From Pseudolabrys sp. (GTDB lineage Bacteria > Pseudomonadota > Alphaproteobacteria > Rhizobiales > Xanthobacteraceae): a stretch of DNA of 64,000 bases. Location of the stretch: NCBI GenBank assembly GCA_035315965.1, contig DATFXJ010000062.1:5007-69006 (forward strand), read 5' to 3'. The stretch's first letter is position 1. Each line of letters opens with the position of its first letter. Below, piece by piece: positions 26,491 through 35,612 of this stretch. Made by a program: the position numbers and the translations under genes. A model generated the notes under the pieces. That model was not told the DNA's origin. It was given only the letters and a program-made list of their open reading frames with translations, and searched no databases.

Positions 26491-27300
26491 ATGACAAATC
26501 TTTCCGATTTCGGCTTTCTCATCATTGGCCCGCAACGTCTCGAGTACCGCTTCGTCGGCCCGCAGCCCGACAAAGCGCCGACGCTCGTTTTGCTGCATGA
26601 GGGTCTCGGTTGCGTCGGTTTGTGGGGCGATTTTCCGGACGAGCTTTCGGCTGCCACCGGCGCCGGCGTATTCGTTTATTCGCGCGCCGGTTATGGCCAA
26701 TCCAGCACCGTGACACTGCCGCGGCCGCTCTCATTTATGCACGATGAAGCGCGCGAGACGCTGCCCCGCTTGCTCGACGCCATTGGTTTTCAACGCGGCC
26801 TGCTGGTTGGTCATAGTGACGGCGCTTCGATTGCGGTGATCTATGCCGGCAGTCGTCAGGATCACCGCGTTAGCGGTCTCGTGCTGATCGCGCCGCATTT
26901 CTTTACCGAGGATTCGGGCATAGCCTCGATCGTCGAGGCGCAAAAAAACTACGAGACTAGCGACCTGCGTGCACGTCTTTCGCGTTGGCACGACGACGTC
27001 GACAATGCGTTCAGAGGCTGGAACGGGGCGTGGCTCGATCCAGAATTCCGCAAGTGGGATATCACGGAATTCCTTGCCTATATCCGGGTGCCGGTGTTGA
27101 TCGTGCAGGGCAACGATGACCAGTATGGCACGGTGAAGCAGATCGAGGTCGCACAGGAAGAATGCTACTGCCCGGTCGAGGTCACGCTATTGCCGAGCGC
27201 GCGCCATTCGCCGCAGCGGGAAGCACCTGAGGCGACGCTCAAGGCGATTTCGGAATTTGTAATTCGTGTGCTGCAGGCGAATGAAACGAGTGTGGCGTAA
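26491..27300 (+). CDS. Alpha/beta hydrolase of the type often found beside benzoate-CoA ligases
   Basis: LLHEGLG oxyanion region, GHSDG nucleophile elbow, DQYG acid and HSP His motifs. Confidence 0.88.
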   Translation: MTNLSDFGFLIIGPQRLEYRFVGPQPDKAPTLVLLHEGLGCVGLWGDFPDELSAATGAGVFVYSRAGYGQSSTVTLPRPLSFMHDEARETLPRLLDAIGFQRGLLVGHSDGASIAVIYAGSRQDHRVSGLVLIAPHFFTEDSGIASIVEAQKNYETSDLRARLSRWHDDVDNAFRGWNGAWLDPEFRKWDITEFLAYIRVPVLIVQGNDDQYGTVKQIEVAQEECYCPVEVTLLPSARHSPQREAPEATLKAISEFVIRVLQANETSVA

Positions 27301-27308
27301 TGATAGCT

Positions 27309-27396
27309 TTCATCCCCGTGCTTGTCCCGGCGATCCCGCTAAGTTGTGTGCAGTGCCTCCATAAGCGAATCGGCCGGCACAAGGCCGGCCATGATG
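27309..27396. repeat. REP-like palindromic element, family A
   Basis: CTTGTCCCGG core and GGCCGGCACAAGGCCGGCCATGA arm; lies between convergent genes. Confidence 0.75.
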
Positions 27397-27412
27397 AGCA
27401 CCAGCGAAAAGC

Positions 27413-28621
27413 TCACTCCGCTGCCTGTTTCGCCAAACTGCCGTGCGCGGAGACGAGATAATCCATCGCCGCCTGCACGCCACCTTTCTTGTGTGGCACA
27501 TTAGCGAGAGCCAGCGCTAGTTCGGTCGCTGCCAATCCACCCAGCAACATCGCGTCATTGATGTCACCGAGGTGACCTATGCGGAACATCTTGCCGGCGA
27601 AGCGGCCGAAGCTTGCGCCGTACGAAATATTGAACTGCTCGAGTGCCAGCGCGCGGAACGTATCGGCGTCATGTCCTTCGGGCATCAGGACGCCAGTGAT
27701 TGTCGGCGAATAATATTTCGGGTCGCGGCAGATGATGTCGAGGCCCCATGCCTTGATTGCACGGCGGGTCGCTTCCGCGAGCCGGTCGTGGCGGGCGAAC
27801 ACGTTGCCCAACCCCTCCTCATGCAGCATCTCGATGCCGGCAGCGAGGCCGTGCAGCATTTGAGTCGCCGGCGTGTAGGGGAAGAAACCCTGCTTGTTCA
27901 TCATCAACATTTCGTCCCAGGCCCAGAACGACTTGGTGAGTTTGGACGTCCTGTTTGCCGCCAGTGCCTTGTCGCTGACCGCGTTGAACGACATTCCAGG
28001 CGGCAGCATGAGACCTTTTTGCGCTCCGCCGATGGAAACGTCGACGCCCCATTCGTCATGCCGATAATCCGCTGAAGCCAGCGAGGAGATGGTATCCACC
28101 ATCAGCAGCGCGGGATGGCGAGCCTTGTCGATTGCCTTGCGGATTTCCGCCACCGGTGAAAGACATCCGGTCGACGTTTCATTGTGCAGGAAGCAGACCG
28201 CCTTGACCTCCTTGCGTTTATCCTCGCGCAGGCGCGCTTCGATCACTGCCGGGTCCGCGCCGATGCGCCAGTCAGTTGCAATGAATTCAAGAACGAGACC
28301 GAGATTCTCGGCCATTTTTTTCCAAAGCGTGGCGAATTGGCCCGTTTCCACCATCAGCACCTTGTCGCCGGGCGAGAGCGTATTAACGAGAGCGGCTTCC
28401 CAGGCGCCGGTTCCGGTCGCGGTGTAGATGATGACCGGATTCGTGGTCTTGAAGATGGTCTTGATGCCCTCCAGGCACTTCTTCGCAAGCCGCGCAAATT
28501 CCGGCCCGCGATGATCAATGATGGGCGTGTCCATTGCCCGAAGGATGCGGTCCGGGAGCGGTGTAGGCCCCGGAATGTGCAGAAAATGTCGCCCGACCGG
28601 ACGCGAGGAATTCTTAGCCAT
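27413..28621 (-). CDS. Class V aminotransferase, serine/alanine-glyoxylate aminotransferase-like
   Basis: HIPGPT, TGTGAWEAA, HNETSTG, VDTISS and GAQKGLM (PLP Lys). Confidence 0.9.
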   Translation of the reverse strand: MAKNSSRPVGRHFLHIPGPTPLPDRILRAMDTPIIDHRGPEFARLAKKCLEGIKTIFKTTNPVIIYTATGTGAWEAALVNTLSPGDKVLMVETGQFATLWKKMAENLGLVLEFIATDWRIGADPAVIEARLREDKRKEVKAVCFLHNETSTGCLSPVAEIRKAIDKARHPALLMVDTISSLASADYRHDEWGVDVSIGGAQKGLMLPPGMSFNAVSDKALAANRTSKLTKSFWAWDEMLMMNKQGFFPYTPATQMLHGLAAGIEMLHEEGLGNVFARHDRLAEATRRAIKAWGLDIICRDPKYYSPTITGVLMPEGHDADTFRALALEQFNISYGASFGRFAGKMFRIGHLGDINDAMLLGGLAATELALALANVPHKKGGVQAAMDYLVSAHGSLAKQAAE

Positions 28622-28805
28622 AGGCAGTCTGCTCCTGAACGGCAGCTTTTAAGGAAATTTCGTGGTTTGGCCACGGGCGCGTCCCAACTAGGAAGCGGCG
28701 CTTGTGGCGTTGAACTATGAATGCAACATTGCGGTCAAGCAGTTTTCCGTAGGACAAACTATCCCTGATGCATAGGCCTGGCGTAGCCCAAAAAGGATAA
28801 AAAAC

Positions 28806-31775
28806 GTGGCGGTACTCATGCCCGGTCTGGAACGTCGGCTGAAGGCCGAATTGACTGGCGAGGTTCAATTCGACCGGTTTACTCGCGGCCGCTATGCCAC
28901 CGATGCATCCCATTACCAGATCATGCCAATCGGGGTGGTCGCTCCACGCACCATTGAAGAAGCCGATCGGGCACTAGCCATCGCACGCAACGAAGGTGCA
29001 ACGGTTCTGGCGCGCGGCGGCGGCACGTCGCAGGCCGGGCAGGCCATTGGGAAATCGCTCGTCATCGACTGTTCAAAATATCTGACACGAATTCTCGATC
29101 TTGACGTCAAGCGTGCCCGTTGCACGGTCGAGCCTGGGATCGTGCTCGACGAACTCAACCGTCAACTCAAACCGCATGGATTGTGGTTTCCGGTCGATAT
29201 CTCGACCTCCTCGCGCGCGACGATAGGCGGCATGGCCGGCAACAATTCCTGCGGGGGTCGTTCGATGCGCTACGGGACCATGCGCGACAATGTGATCTCG
29301 ATCGAGGCGCTGCTCGCGGACGGCACGCTTGCGCATTTCGGTCGCATCGGCGGCAGTCTCAAGGATGTACCGGTGCCTTTGCGGCCACTGGCGAAAGATC
29401 TGCTCGCGATTGGTGCGCGAGAGGCTGATGAGATTGCCGAGCGCTTTCCCAAGGTTCAGCGACGTGTCGGCGGCTACAATCTCGACGCGCTCGTGCCAGG
29501 CAAAAACGATATCAACCTCGCGCATGTGCTGGTTGGTGGCGAAGGCACGCTCGCGTTTTCCACGCGCATCGAATTGAAGCTTGCGCCCTTGCTTGGCCGC
29601 CGCGCAGTGGGCGCTTGCCATTTCGGCAGCTTCTACGAGGCGATGAATTCGGCACAACATATTGTTCGCCTCAAGCCGATCGCCGTCGAGCTGATCGACC
29701 GCACGATGATCGAACTCGCACGTCAGATTTCGATTTTCCAGCCGACGCTGGAGAAATTCATCCGGGAGACTCCGGAAGCCATCCTCCTAGTCGAATTCGG
29801 CGAGGAGGACCACGAAATCAACCTGCGCATGTTGAAGCAGCTCAAGGATCTGATGGGCGATCTCGGATTTGGTTGGAACAAAAGCGGCGCCAAATGGGGT
29901 GGCGTTGTCGAAGTGCTCAACCCCGACTTGCAGGCCGCGATTACCGAGATGCGTACATCGGGCCTCAACATCATGATGTCGATGAAAGAGGAGGGGAAGC
30001 CTGTCTCCTTCGTTGAAGACTGCGCGGTTCCGCTCGAACATCTCGCCGATTACACGTCACGTCTCACCGAAATTTTCGAGAAGCACGGCACGCGTGGGAC
30101 CTGGTACGCGCATGCCGGTTCTGGCTGTCTGCATGTGCGCCCAATTCTCAATCTGCGACAGGAAAAAGACGTGTATGCCATGCGAGAGATCGCCGAAGAG
30201 GCGTTCGCGATGGTACGGGAATACAAGGGCTCACACTCCGGCGAGCATGGCGACGGGCTTGTGCGTTCGGAATTCAACGAGCCGATGTTCGGCGCGCGCC
30301 TCGCCCGCGCCTTCGAAGAGGTAAAGGACCGGTTCGACCCCAAGGCATTCTTCAATCCCGGCAAGATCGTACGGGCACCCAAATTCGATGATCGCAGCCT
30401 CTTTCGTTACACTCCCGACTATCACGGCGAGCCGCTCAAGACTCATCTGGATTGGTCTGCATATCCGGGAACTGGCGGCGGTCTTCAGGGCGCAGTCGAG
30501 ATGTGCAACAACAACGGTGCCTGCCGCAAATTGGCGGGCGGCGTAATGTGCCCGAGCTACCGCGTAACCCGGGACGAGCGCGACGTCACGCGCGGGCGCG
30601 CCAACACACTGCGGCTGGCGATTAGTGGGCAACTTGGCGCGGCCGCGCTTATCTCCGATGAAATGGCAGAGACGCTGAAGCTCTGCGTTTCCTGTAAGGC
30701 CTGCCGCCGCGAGTGCCCGACCGGCGTCGACATGGCGCGCATGAAAGTCGAGGTGCTGGCTGCGCGGGCCGCGAAGTTCGAACTTTCACTGCACGACAAA
30801 TTAGTCGGTTTTTTGCCGCACTATGCGCCTTATGCTTCGAAGTGGCATCACTTCTTCAATATGCCGACTCGCAGCGCGCTCTTGCGTAAAGCTTTGCAGG
30901 TCGTTGCTGGTTTTTCCTCCAACCGCACCCTGCCACAGTGGCGCAAGGACATTTATCATGACCGCTCCGATTGGCGTTACACAACACGGGAAGAAAATGC
31001 GCGGGCGCGAGAAGTGGTGCTCTTCGCCGATACATTCAACCGCTATTTTGAGCGAGAAAATCTGGATGATGCATTGAGCGTTCTGGTCGCCGGCGGATAT
31101 CGCGTCTACGCCTCGCTGCCGACCAATCCCAATGATCGGCCATTGTGCTGCGGCCGCACCTTCCTCGCTGTTGGGCTGGTCGATGAAGCGCGGCACGAAA
31201 TGCAGCGCACATTGGATGTGCTTGCACCGTACGTAATGCGCGGATTGCCGGTCATCGGCCTTGAACCGAGCTGCCTCTTCACGTTCCGCGACGAATTGCC
31301 AGCCTTACTCAAAGGCGAGGTGGTGGATGCGCTTGCGGCAAACGCCCTGCTGTTCGAGGAATTTTTAGCCCGAGAGCAGAAGGACGGCCAACTCAAGTTG
31401 TCGCTCGGGCCGTTACCAAAGAAAGCGCTACTTCACGGGCATTGCCATCAGAAGGCATTCGACACCATGGGCGTCGTTGAGAGCGCACTCCGATTGATCC
31501 CGCAGCTTTCGGTCGAAACGGTAGAATCGAGCTGCTGCGGCATGGCGGGTAGCTTCGGCTATCACACCACGACAATCGACGTTTCACGGAAAATGGGCGA
31601 ACTATCATTGCTGCCTGCGGTCCGCAGGGCTGCCGCCGATACATTAATCGTTGCCGACGGCACTTCGTGCCGCCACCAGATTTACGACGGCACAGAACGG
31701 GAAGCTGCCCACGTCGCGCGCGTATTGGCGATGAGTGTGGCGGCTGGCTCAACGAAAGCTGTGCAGCCATACTAG
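28806..31775 (+). CDS. FAD-linked oxidase with 4Fe-4S and CCG domains (GlcD/GlcF fusion, 2-hydroxyacid dehydrogenase-like)
   Basis: RGGGTSQAGQ, GEHGDG, CNNNGAC, CVSCKACRRECP, CCGRT and CCGMAGSFG motifs. Confidence 0.9.
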   Translation: MAVLMPGLERRLKAELTGEVQFDRFTRGRYATDASHYQIMPIGVVAPRTIEEADRALAIARNEGATVLARGGGTSQAGQAIGKSLVIDCSKYLTRILDLDVKRARCTVEPGIVLDELNRQLKPHGLWFPVDISTSSRATIGGMAGNNSCGGRSMRYGTMRDNVISIEALLADGTLAHFGRIGGSLKDVPVPLRPLAKDLLAIGAREADEIAERFPKVQRRVGGYNLDALVPGKNDINLAHVLVGGEGTLAFSTRIELKLAPLLGRRAVGACHFGSFYEAMNSAQHIVRLKPIAVELIDRTMIELARQISIFQPTLEKFIRETPEAILLVEFGEEDHEINLRMLKQLKDLMGDLGFGWNKSGAKWGGVVEVLNPDLQAAITEMRTSGLNIMMSMKEEGKPVSFVEDCAVPLEHLADYTSRLTEIFEKHGTRGTWYAHAGSGCLHVRPILNLRQEKDVYAMREIAEEAFAMVREYKGSHSGEHGDGLVRSEFNEPMFGARLARAFEEVKDRFDPKAFFNPGKIVRAPKFDDRSLFRYTPDYHGEPLKTHLDWSAYPGTGGGLQGAVEMCNNNGACRKLAGGVMCPSYRVTRDERDVTRGRANTLRLAISGQLGAAALISDEMAETLKLCVSCKACRRECPTGVDMARMKVEVLAARAAKFELSLHDKLVGFLPHYAPYASKWHHFFNMPTRSALLRKALQVVAGFSSNRTLPQWRKDIYHDRSDWRYTTREENARAREVVLFADTFNRYFERENLDDALSVLVAGGYRVYASLPTNPNDRPLCCGRTFLAVGLVDEARHEMQRTLDVLAPYVMRGLPVIGLEPSCLFTFRDELPALLKGEVVDALAANALLFEEFLAREQKDGQLKLSLGPLPKKALLHGHCHQKAFDTMGVVESALRLIPQLSVETVESSCCGMAGSFGYHTTTIDVSRKMGELSLLPAVRRAAADTLIVADGTSCRHQIYDGTEREAAHVARVLAMSVAAGSTKAVQPY

Positions 31776-31779
31776 GTTT

Positions 31780-32811
31780 ATGGCCAAACTTTTACCCACC
31801 TCTCTCGTTGGATCCTATGCTCAGCCGGAGTGGCTGATCGATCGCGTGAAGCTTGCAAGCCGCTTTCCGCCGCGCGTGCGCGCCAGGGAGCTTTGGCGTA
31901 TTGCCCCGGATTACCTGAAGCAGGCGCAGGACGACGCGACCTTGCTTGCGATCCGCGATCAGGAGCGGGCTGGACTCGACATCATCACCGACGGCGAGAT
32001 GCGACGCGAAAGCTATTCCAATCGTTTCGCTACGGCGCTCGATGGCGTCGACATCGAAAATCCCGGCAGCGCACTCGACCGCTCAGGCCATCCCAATCCA
32101 GTGCCTCGCGTAGTCGGCAGGGTCAGCCGCCGGCATCCAGTTGAGGTGGATGATGTAAAATTTCTACGCGCCAATACCGATCGTATGATCAAGATGACAG
32201 TACCTGGGCCGTTCACGATGTCGCAGCAGGCGCAGAACGATTTCTACAAAGACGAAGAGGAGATGGCCCTGGACTATGCCAGAGCAGTGAACGCGGAAAT
32301 CAAGGACCTGTTCGTAGCTGGCGCCGATATCGTGCAAATTGATGAGCCCTACATGCAAGCGCGGCCGGAAAAGGCACGCCTATATGGCCTCAAGGCACTT
32401 AATGCCGCGCTTAAAGGAGTTAGCGGGCCAACCGCGGTCCATCTCTGTTTCGGCTATGCTGCTATCATTCATGCGCGCCCAAAAGGATATTCGTTCCTGC
32501 CGGAGTTGGCCGGATCGCCGGTCGAGCAAGTTTCGATCGAAACCGCGCAGTCCAATCTCGACTGCACTGTACTCGAGAAGTTGTCGGGAAAGACTATTAT
32601 TCTTGGTACCCTTGATCTTTCTGATATGACGATCGAGAAGCCCGAGACGGTGGCCGCACGTATCCGCCGCGCCTTGCCTCACGTAGCGGCCGACCGGATT
32701 ATCGTTGCGCCCGATTGTGGTCTAAAATATCTGCCGCGAGAGGTCGCTTACGGAAAGATGTGCGCCATGGTCGAAGGTGCGAAGATAGTGCGCGCCGAAT
32801 TGACCAAATAA
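31780..32811 (+). CDS. Single-barrel MetE-like Zn enzyme (tandem copy A)
   Basis: PTSLVGSY, TDGEMRRES, QIDEP, HLCFGY and APDCG. Start ATG 31780, 4 nt after the oxidase stop. Confidence 0.87.
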   Translation: MAKLLPTSLVGSYAQPEWLIDRVKLASRFPPRVRARELWRIAPDYLKQAQDDATLLAIRDQERAGLDIITDGEMRRESYSNRFATALDGVDIENPGSALDRSGHPNPVPRVVGRVSRRHPVEVDDVKFLRANTDRMIKMTVPGPFTMSQQAQNDFYKDEEEMALDYARAVNAEIKDLFVAGADIVQIDEPYMQARPEKARLYGLKALNAALKGVSGPTAVHLCFGYAAIIHARPKGYSFLPELAGSPVEQVSIETAQSNLDCTVLEKLSGKTIILGTLDLSDMTIEKPETVAARIRRALPHVAADRIIVAPDCGLKYLPREVAYGKMCAMVEGAKIVRAELTK

Positions 32812-32813
32812 CG

Positions 32814-33848
32814 ATGCCGGCCAAGTTGTTTCCTACTTCTCTCGTGGGCTCCTATCCGCAACCGGATTGGCTCATCGACCGCGCACGTTTGTCAAAGATG
32901 GTGCCACGTGTGCGGATGGATGATCTTTGGTTGATCGATCCAAAGGAGCTCGAGGAAAAACAGGACGAGGCAACGCTTCTTGCGATTCGCGAACAGGAAC
33001 GCGCCGGACTCGACATCATCACCGATGGCGAACAGCGACGCGAAAGCTACTCCAATCGTTTTGCCACCGCGCTCGAGGGCATCGACACCGCCAACCCCGG
33101 CTCGACCCTCAATCGTAGCGGCAAGCCGATTCCGGTTCCGCGAGTAACGGGCAAGATTCGCCGCAAGCATCCTGTGGAACTGCGCGACCTGCAATTTCTT
33201 CGCGCCAATACGAAAAGGCCGGTGAAGATCACAGTGCCCGGACCTTTCACGATGTCCAAACAGGCACAGAATGAATTATACAAGTCGGACGAGTCTATGG
33301 CTCTTGATTACGCTGCTGCAGTGAATGACGAGATTAAGGATCTGTTCGTGGCCGGCGCCGATGTTGTACAAATCGACGAGCCGTGGATGCAGCAACATCC
33401 GGAAAAAGCGCGTGAGTATGGACTAAAAGCACTCGATCGCGCGCTTGATGGCGTGACCGGCACCGTCGCGGTGCATCTGTGCTTTGGTTATGCTGCCATT
33501 GTGCATGAAAAGCCAGCCGGTTACTCGTTCCTGGCCGAACTGGAGACTTCGAAGGCCACGCAGATCTCTATCGAGGCCGCGCAGCCGAAGCTCGATCTTG
33601 GCGTTCTGAAAAAGTTGCCGTCAAAAACCATCATTCTCGGCGTCATCGATTTGTTAGACATGAACATAGAAACGCCTGAAACAGTAGCAGCGCGTATCCG
33701 CATGGCATTGCCACATGTGCCCGCCGAACGCATTGTGATTGCGCCCGATTGTGGGATGAAGTATCTGCCCCGCGACGTGGCATTCGGCAAAATGCAAGCT
33801 ATGGTGCGGGGTGCGTCGATCGTGCGTCTCGAGCAATCGGACGATTAG
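32814..33848 (+). CDS. Single-barrel MetE-like Zn enzyme (tandem copy B)
   Basis: PTSLVGSY, TDGEQRRES, QIDEP, HLCFGY and APDCG. Start ATG 32814, 2 nt after copy A. Confidence 0.87.
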   Translation: MPAKLFPTSLVGSYPQPDWLIDRARLSKMVPRVRMDDLWLIDPKELEEKQDEATLLAIREQERAGLDIITDGEQRRESYSNRFATALEGIDTANPGSTLNRSGKPIPVPRVTGKIRRKHPVELRDLQFLRANTKRPVKITVPGPFTMSKQAQNELYKSDESMALDYAAAVNDEIKDLFVAGADVVQIDEPWMQQHPEKAREYGLKALDRALDGVTGTVAVHLCFGYAAIVHEKPAGYSFLAELETSKATQISIEAAQPKLDLGVLKKLPSKTIILGVIDLLDMNIETPETVAARIRMALPHVPAERIVIAPDCGMKYLPRDVAFGKMQAMVRGASIVRLEQSDD

Positions 33849-33955
33849 GCTGCCAGCGGCTTGAACTTGGGCCCAATACCCGCAAAATGGGGCCAATAAC
33901 AACGACAGCACGGGCCATTTCCAGGAACCGTGAAAATCACACTAGGGAGGAAGCA

Positions 33956-34945
33956 ATGAAGAATTTTGTTGTTGGCGGCGCGACCATTGCGGCGATTGCA
34001 TTGGCAAATGCGCCGGCGATGGCGTGGGAGCCGTCCAAGCCGGTTGAAATCGTGGTAGCGGCCGGTGCTGGCGGCGCTTCCGATCAGATGGCACGCATGA
34101 TTCAGGCTGCCATCCAGAAGCACAGCCTGATGAAGCAACCGATGGTGGTGTCGCTCAAGGGAGGTGCCTCCGGCGCTGAAGCGCTGATGTACATGAAGTC
34201 GAGCGACGGTGATCCCAACAAGGTGCTCATTGCCTATTCATTGATCTACATGTTGCCGCTGTCGGCCAAGATTCCATTCAACTGGCGCGAGCTCACGCCA
34301 GTGTCGGTAATCGCGATGGACCAGTTCGTCCTGTGGGATAACACGACGCTGCCCTACAAGAACGTCAAGGAGTTCATCGAAGCGGCGAAGGCCTCGCCGC
34401 AGCCGTTCAAGATGGGCGGCACCGGCTCCAAGCGCGAAGACCACATCCTGACCGTGTTCATGGAGAAAAAGACCGGCGCGAAGTTCGCCTATCTCCCGTA
34501 CAAGTCGGGGGGCGAGGCCGCGACGCAGTTAGTCGGCAATCACACCGCCTCCAACGTCAATAATCCGTCGGAAAATCTTGAAGTGTGGCGTGCTGGTCAG
34601 GTCCGGGCACTGTGCGTCTTCGACAAGGAACGCATTTCGTACAAGACCAAGATCACAGATACGCAATCGTGGAATGACATCCCGACTTGCAAGGAAGAAG
34701 GGCTCGACGTGCAATATTTGATGCTGCGCGCCATGTTCCTCCCGGGGAAAGTTACACCTGAACAGACTGCCTTCTACGTTGACCTGTTCAAGAAACTTTC
34801 GGAGACGCCTGAATACAAGGACTACATGGAAAAGCAGGCGCTCAAGCCGATCTTCCTGGCCGGCAAGGACATGGTCAATTTCCTTGAGGAAGACGACAAG
34901 CTGAACTCGAGCCTGATGCACGAAGCCGGCTTCGTCGCGCAGTAA
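33956..34945 (+). CDS. tctC: TTT substrate-binding protein TctC
   Basis: Signal peptide, KPVEIVVAAGAGGASD and PYKSGGEA motifs. GGGAGG RBS before ATG 33956. Confidence 0.88.
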   Translation: MKNFVVGGATIAAIALANAPAMAWEPSKPVEIVVAAGAGGASDQMARMIQAAIQKHSLMKQPMVVSLKGGASGAEALMYMKSSDGDPNKVLIAYSLIYMLPLSAKIPFNWRELTPVSVIAMDQFVLWDNTTLPYKNVKEFIEAAKASPQPFKMGGTGSKREDHILTVFMEKKTGAKFAYLPYKSGGEAATQLVGNHTASNVNNPSENLEVWRAGQVRALCVFDKERISYKTKITDTQSWNDIPTCKEEGLDVQYLMLRAMFLPGKVTPEQTAFYVDLFKKLSETPEYKDYMEKQALKPIFLAGKDMVNFLEEDDKLNSSLMHEAGFVAQ

Positions 34946-34954
34946 AAAACAACG

Positions 34955-35055
34955 GTCATTCCGGGCCGGCACACCGTGCCGCACCCGGAATCCAGATGCA
35001 GGCACGGCGTGTGGCTCTGGATTCCGGGTTCGTTTCTTGCGCGCCGCGGACCGAC
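34955..35055. repeat. REP-like palindromic element, family B
   Basis: GTCATTCCGGG...CACCCGGAATCCAGA...TCTGGATTCCGGGT...GAC; lies between tctC and tctB. Confidence 0.8.
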
Positions 35056-35068
35056 AGACAGGTAAGCG

Positions 35069-35608
35069 ATGCCCTCCGATACCGAAATCGTCGTTGAAGA
35101 TCCGGACGCACCGGTCGCAGAGTCGCCTGCGGTCACGGGAGTGCGCACGATCGAAACCGTGGTCTATCTGCTGCTTGCAGCCCTGGCGTTGCTGTTGGCT
35201 TTCGACAACTGGCGCACTGGCATGGGATGGGCCGCGGACGGTCCACAGGCCGGATATTTCCCCTTCTACCTGTCTGTCATTTTGGCTGCCGCCAGCATCT
35301 ATGGTCTGGTCTCGATTTTCTTGAGCCGGATGGATGAAGGCAGAATATTCGTCACCCGCGACCAGCTTCGCCGGGTAATGCAGGTATTCGTTCCAACATT
35401 ACTGTTCTGTCTATGCACCCAGTGGCTCGGGCTTTATGTCGCCAGCTTCCTGCTGATTGCCGGTTTTATGTGGATAGTCGGGCGCCTCGCACTATGGAAA
35501 TCGCTGCTGACCAGCTTTTTATTCTCGATGGCCATGTTCATTACGTTCGATATCGCCTTTGACGTGATCATGCCGAAGGGGCCGATCGAAGCGATGTTTG
35601 GATACTAG
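35069..35608 (+). CDS. tctB: TTT small membrane subunit TctB
   Basis: Four TM segments, GPQAGYFPFY motif, position between tctC and tctA. Confidence 0.85.
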   Translation: MPSDTEIVVEDPDAPVAESPAVTGVRTIETVVYLLLAALALLLAFDNWRTGMGWAADGPQAGYFPFYLSVILAAASIYGLVSIFLSRMDEGRIFVTRDQLRRVMQVFVPTLLFCLCTQWLGLYVASFLLIAGFMWIVGRLALWKSLLTSFLFSMAMFITFDIAFDVIMPKGPIEAMFGY

Positions 35609-35612
35609 ACGC

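Noticed and set aside
5460-33848. ComD/ComE-like genes plus MetE-like proteins as a coenzyme M / epoxide (alkene) metabolism system
   Set aside because: The genes are over 17 kb apart, there is no alkene monooxygenase, hydroxypropyl-CoM dehydrogenase pair or 2-KPCC, and characterised bacterial CoM synthesis uses a different route. Similarity to XecA is only family-level.
23594-33848. Calling the three MetE-like genes metE
   Set aside because: They are ~340-390 aa single barrels lacking the N-terminal folate-binding half; methionine synthase activity cannot be assumed.
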